A model generated the notes under the pieces. The model worked only from the letters and a program-made list of their open reading frames with translations. It did not search any database and was not told the origin of the DNA. Position numbers and translations under genes: made by a program. From an uncultured Haloferula sp. (GTDB lineage: Bacteria > Verrucomicrobiota > Verrucomicrobiia > Verrucomicrobiales > Akkermansiaceae), in assembly GCA_965652295.1 (NCBI GenBank), contig CBFGTS010000016.1, forward strand, positions 32,001-96,000: DNA of 64,000 nucleotides, written 5' to 3'. Positions 59,965 through 64,000 of the stretch are shown here, one piece after another. How positions within the stretch are numbered: position 1 is the stretch's first letter; each line of letters starts with the position of its first letter.

Positions 59965-62109
59965 ATGCCCCGAACCTATATTTCCGAATTCCGGCTCGGG
60001 GACACCCTGATCCGCTATCCCCACGATCCTGCAAGCGGCTTCGTCGGGCTCGAGATGCTGCCCGCGGAAATGGCGGATGCCGTCGTCGAGCCCCGCGAAT
60101 CCCTGCGCGGCGAGGATTTCATCGATGTGCTGCCGGGCGATGACCCGTGGCCGGCCCGTCCGATCGAGTCGCTCTTGCAGTTCAAGCTCGTCGGCGATCC
60201 GTATCCCGGTGCCTTCGTGCAGGGTCACTCGATGCGGAACTCCGAGACGCTCGGGCGGTTCCGTTTCGAGGGCCAGGAGGAGATTTCCGAAAACGGGGCC
60301 ATCACCATCGAGACCCGGCTCCGCTCGGCGGACGGACTGCTGGCCGTGCACGCCATCCGCTGGTGCGAGGGCGATGAGGCGCTGACGGTTCGCTGTCGGC
60401 TGGAGAACCACTCCGACCGGCCGGTGACCCTGGAAATGTTCGCCAGCTTCTCGCTTTCCGGCATCACGCCGTTTCATGAGGCCGATGCCCCGGAACGGCT
60501 GGCGGTGCATCGTTTCCGCTCGGTGTGGAGCGCCGAGGCCCGGCACGTGCGTGAGACCTTGGAGGACCTCCACCTCGAACGTTCGTGGAGCGGAGCGGGC
60601 GCGTTCAGCGAGCGCTTCGGACAGGTGGGCACCATGCCGGTGCGCAAGTGGTTTCCCTTCGTCGCGGTCGAAGATACGGCAGCTGGCGTACTTTGGGGCG
60701 CGAGGCTCAACTGGGCCGGCTCGTGGCAGATGGAGATCTTCCGCCAGCACGATGACATCGCCCTTTCCGGCGGCCTCGCGGACCGTGAGTTCGGGCACTG
60801 GATGAAGGTGGTCGCGCCCGGCGAAACCTTCGAAGCGACACCCGCGACGGTGGCCTGCGTCCATGGCGGGCTGGACGAACTCTGTGACCGTCTCACCGCG
60901 ATGCAGGACGCTCCGGTGAACGCCCACCCGGAGGTCGAGCAGGACCTGCCGGTCGTCTTCAACGAGTGGTGCACCACCTGGGGTGATCCGAGCCACGCGA
61001 ACCTCTGTGCGATCGCCGACCGACTCAAGGGCTCCGGCGTGCGCTACCTCGTCATCGATGCCGGTTGGTACAAGCAGGAAGGCACCGACTGGAGCAGCGG
61101 TCACGGCGATTGGATCCCCAGCCCCACGCTTTTCCCGGATGGACTCAAGGCCGCGGCCGATGCGATCCGCGAGCGCGGGCTGATTCCCGGGTTGTGGTAT
61201 GAGATGGAAACGGTGGGTTCGCAGAGCGCTTCCTTCCAAGAGGGGAAATATCTCATCGAACGCGACGGCCAGCCGGTCACCGTCCGCGAGCGCCGCTTCT
61301 GGGACATGAACGATCCCGCTGCGGAGAAGTTTCTTTCCGAGAAGGTGATCGATCTTCTGGAAAGCTGTGGCTTCGGCTACCTGAAGGTGGACTACAACGA
61401 AACCGCCGGGCTCGGTTGCGATCATCCCGATTCCCTAGGCGAGGGCCTGCGTCGGCAGGTGGAGGGCAGCTACCGCTTCTTTGAAAAGATCCGCGAGCGG
61501 TTGCCCGGGCTGGTCATCGAGAACTGCTCGTCCGGCGGTCACCGCCTGGAGCCCTCGATGATGGCGCTGACGGCCATGTCGTCCTTCTCCGACGCGCACG
61601 AACTTGCCGAAATCCCGATCATCGCCGCCAACCTGCACCGCCTGCTCCTGCCGCGGCAGAATCAGATCTGGGCCGTGCTGCACCCGCACGATTCGCTGCA
61701 ACGCGTGGCCTACAGCCTTGCCGCCACCTTCCTCGGCCGGATGTGCCTTTCCGGGGCCATCGAGAAACTGCCCGGGGAATCCTGGCAGCTCGTCCGCGAG
61801 GGCATCGCCCTCTACGGCAGGGCCGCGCCGGTGATCAAGTACGGCAGAAGCCGTAAATACGGCCCGGCTCCCGCGAGCTGGCGCCATCCCCGCGGCTGGC
61901 AGGCGCTGGTCCGCCGCTCGGAAACGCAGGCGCTGGTGGTGGTGCATACTTTCGAGAACGCGCCGGAGTCGATCGAGGTGCCGCTGGAGGGAGGATGGGA
62001 GCTGGATGGCTCCCTCGGTGACGCGCCGTCCGCGCTTGCCGACGGGATTCTCACCCACCGCACGGGAGGCGATTTCACCGGCTCGGTATGGCTTTTCCGC
62101 CGGTCATGA
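59965..62109 (+). CDS. GH36 alpha-galactosidase-like glycoside hydrolase
   Basis: 'PVVFNEW', 'VIDAGW', 'GDW....FPDGL', 'GLWYE.E', 'YLKVDYN', 'IENCSSGG.R'. Confidence 0.9.
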   Translation: MPRTYISEFRLGDTLIRYPHDPASGFVGLEMLPAEMADAVVEPRESLRGEDFIDVLPGDDPWPARPIESLLQFKLVGDPYPGAFVQGHSMRNSETLGRFRFEGQEEISENGAITIETRLRSADGLLAVHAIRWCEGDEALTVRCRLENHSDRPVTLEMFASFSLSGITPFHEADAPERLAVHRFRSVWSAEARHVRETLEDLHLERSWSGAGAFSERFGQVGTMPVRKWFPFVAVEDTAAGVLWGARLNWAGSWQMEIFRQHDDIALSGGLADREFGHWMKVVAPGETFEATPATVACVHGGLDELCDRLTAMQDAPVNAHPEVEQDLPVVFNEWCTTWGDPSHANLCAIADRLKGSGVRYLVIDAGWYKQEGTDWSSGHGDWIPSPTLFPDGLKAAADAIRERGLIPGLWYEMETVGSQSASFQEGKYLIERDGQPVTVRERRFWDMNDPAAEKFLSEKVIDLLESCGFGYLKVDYNETAGLGCDHPDSLGEGLRRQVEGSYRFFEKIRERLPGLVIENCSSGGHRLEPSMMALTAMSSFSDAHELAEIPIIAANLHRLLLPRQNQIWAVLHPHDSLQRVAYSLAATFLGRMCLSGAIEKLPGESWQLVREGIALYGRAAPVIKYGRSRKYGPAPASWRHPRGWQALVRRSETQALVVVHTFENAPESIEVPLEGGWELDGSLGDAPSALADGILTHRTGGDFTGSVWLFRRS

Positions 62110-63782
62110 AGCGCGCGCCGGCAGCGACGAGGCGATGGTGGAAGTGCCTCGGAATTCCGCTGATCGTGCTGCTGGCCGGTAGCGCGCGGGCGGCCGAGCC
62201 GGCCGTGTGGCAATGGTCGGTGCCGATGGGGGAATCCCGCGCGTGGCTGTGGGTTCCGGAGCACTGCGAGGAGGTGCGGGCGGTGGTTTTCGCCAAGCAC
62301 AACATGATCGAGCGCGGCATCCTCGAACACCCCGCGATGCGCGGGGCTCTCGCCGATATCGGGGTCGCCGAGGTCTTCGTGTACCCGAGCGATGGCCCGG
62401 TGTTCGACTTTTCCGATGGGGTGGGCGAGCGCTTCGAGCTGCTCCTCGCCCGCTTGGCGGAGGCGTCCGGCTACGACGAGATTTCGTCGGCACCGGTGGT
62501 GCCGATGGGACATTCGGCGCATGCGTCCTTTCCGTGGAACTTCGCCGCGTGGAATCCCGGCCGGACGCTGGCCGCCTTGTCGGTGAAGGGCGATGGGCCG
62601 CTGACCGATCTCACGGGCAGCGGGCGACCGAATCCGGATTGGGGGAACCGCACGCTCGCCGGCGTGCCGGGCCTCATGGTGATGGGGGAGTATGAGTGGT
62701 GGGAAAAGCGGCTCGATCCGCTGCGGACCTACCGGGAGGAGCATCCGGACGCGCCGCTGGCCTTGTATGCGGACGCAGGGGCGGGCCACTTCGAGGCGGG
62801 CGATCGTTTGGTGCGCTTCCTGGCGATGTTCATCCGCAAGGCCGCCGCGGCAAGGCTGCCTGAGACCCCGGGCGGTGCTTTGCGGCCGGTGGACCCGAAG
62901 CAGGGATGGCTGGTCGATCGTTGGCGTGGCGACGCGATGCCCCGGGCGGAAGCGGCGGCTTTCGCGAACTACGATGGAGATCGTAGCGAGGCGTTCTGGT
63001 GTTTTGATGCAGCGACGGCTCGTGCGACCGAAGAAGCCCATGCCTCGAGCCGGGGGAAGAAGCCGCTGCAAGTCGGTTTCAAGCAGGAGGGCGGGTTCGT
63101 CGCCATCTCGAACAGCCACGCTGGCACCGAGCTTGGGTTCCGGCCCGGTGGGGATGGTCTGACCTTCCGCTTGGAAGCGGATTTCATGGAACCACTGCCG
63201 CCGGATCCGCCGCTGGCGACGAAAGACGAGCGTCCACCGGCGCGTGTCGTCGTGCCCAAGGCCGCCGCGCCGGGCCGTCATCCGGAGGGCGAGGTCACGG
63301 TTTCAAAGATCGTCGGACCCGTGGAGGCACTGGGCGGCGGGCGTTTTCGTTTTTCGCCCGATTGGATGACGCCGCCCCCCGGCGACCGCACTCCGGAGGC
63401 GTGGTTCATTGCCCGGCATCCGGGAGACGAGGAGTTCAAGCCGTCGGCCCGGCAGGCCGTCATGCGCTTTCCATGGCGGACCGAAGGCTTGGCTCAGTCG
63501 ATCGATTTCGCGGAGATCGCCGATCAGCCGGCCAACGCGGCCCGGCTCGAACTTGAGGCGGTGTCGGACCGCGGGCTGCCGGTGCGGTATTACGTGAGGG
63601 AGGGCCCGGCGTATGTCCGGGGCGGCAGCCTGCATTTCACCCCGGTGCCTCCGGCGGCGAAATATCCGGTCCGGATCACCGTGGTGGCCTGGCAGGAAGG
63701 GACGGCCGGTGATCCGGCAATCCGCGCCGCCGCGCCCTGTGAACGGAGCTTTCTGTTGCTTGATTCCGAGCCGGGCCGGTGA
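62106..63782 (+). CDS. Secreted hypothetical protein, probable alpha/beta-hydrolase fold plus C-terminal Ig-like modules
   Basis: Signal peptide ending ARA; 'PVVPMGHSAHA' nucleophile-elbow-like motif; 'GAGHF'; 'QSIDF..I.D...LEAVSDRGLPVRY'. Confidence 0.6.
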   Translation: MKRAPAATRRWWKCLGIPLIVLLAGSARAAEPAVWQWSVPMGESRAWLWVPEHCEEVRAVVFAKHNMIERGILEHPAMRGALADIGVAEVFVYPSDGPVFDFSDGVGERFELLLARLAEASGYDEISSAPVVPMGHSAHASFPWNFAAWNPGRTLAALSVKGDGPLTDLTGSGRPNPDWGNRTLAGVPGLMVMGEYEWWEKRLDPLRTYREEHPDAPLALYADAGAGHFEAGDRLVRFLAMFIRKAAAARLPETPGGALRPVDPKQGWLVDRWRGDAMPRAEAAAFANYDGDRSEAFWCFDAATARATEEAHASSRGKKPLQVGFKQEGGFVAISNSHAGTELGFRPGGDGLTFRLEADFMEPLPPDPPLATKDERPPARVVVPKAAAPGRHPEGEVTVSKIVGPVEALGGGRFRFSPDWMTPPPGDRTPEAWFIARHPGDEEFKPSARQAVMRFPWRTEGLAQSIDFAEIADQPANAARLELEAVSDRGLPVRYYVREGPAYVRGGSLHFTPVPPAAKYPVRITVVAWQEGTAGDPAIRAAAPCERSFLLLDSEPGR

Positions 63783-63888
63783 CCGCTCGCGCCCCAGCAT
63801 TTGAGCAGGTTTCCAATGACACCCGCAGCGTCCTTTTCCATCGCCCGCGTCGCGGTTTGCTCGGCGCCGTGGAGTTCCTCCGTCGTTC

Positions 63889-64000
63889 ATGAATGCAGAA
63901 CTGGCAGGCTATGACTCAGCCCGACCCTGGCGCACGCTCTGGCGGCTCTACCGCCCGGAGCGTCGCTCGCTGCTGATCGGCGAGCTGTTTTTCCTGCTGA
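63889..64000 (+). CDS. Start of a gene running off the window, possibly an ABC transporter permease/ATPase
   Basis: MNAELAGYDSARPWRTLWRLYRPERRSLLIGELFFLL is open to the window end and resembles ABC exporter N-termini. Confidence 0.4.
   Translation, partial: MNAELAGYDSARPWRTLWRLYRPERRSLLIGELFFLL

Overview
GC-rich bacterial chromosomal segment, most likely Verrucomicrobiota (Haloferula/Luteolibacter-like). This is inferred from a PEP-CTERM protein, 'SxDLxxW...FxRxxV' C-terminal domains and the LacI and GH repertoire. Left to right: two His-motif choice-of-anchor-M-type surface proteins flanking an nrfHA operon whose NrfA has CxxCH instead of CxxCK at heme 1; GH43/GH92/PMI/sugar-porter/GntR genes with twin perfect operators; a HerA-like ATPase; an RND efflux operon with a divergent TetR; an ~18 kb putative phosphate-starvation island; assorted housekeeping genes; and a LacI-linked glycan locus (GH43, SSS, beta-helix protein, GH88, GH36, hydrolase-like protein). 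The island is the most interesting system. It comprises an Asp-for-Cys PhoX variant plus an uncharacterised two-CxxCH protein, divergent from a TonB-dependent receptor, a surface beta-helix protein with a 1497-bp internal tandem duplication, a DUF3450/TtpC-type ExbB-ExbB-ExbD-TonB-TPR motor and an OprO/P-like porin. It carries 11-bp-phased GT[C/G]AC arrays at its promoters. No rRNA, tRNA, CRISPR array, transposase or integrase was recognised. All family calls come from motif recognition by eye, not database searches.
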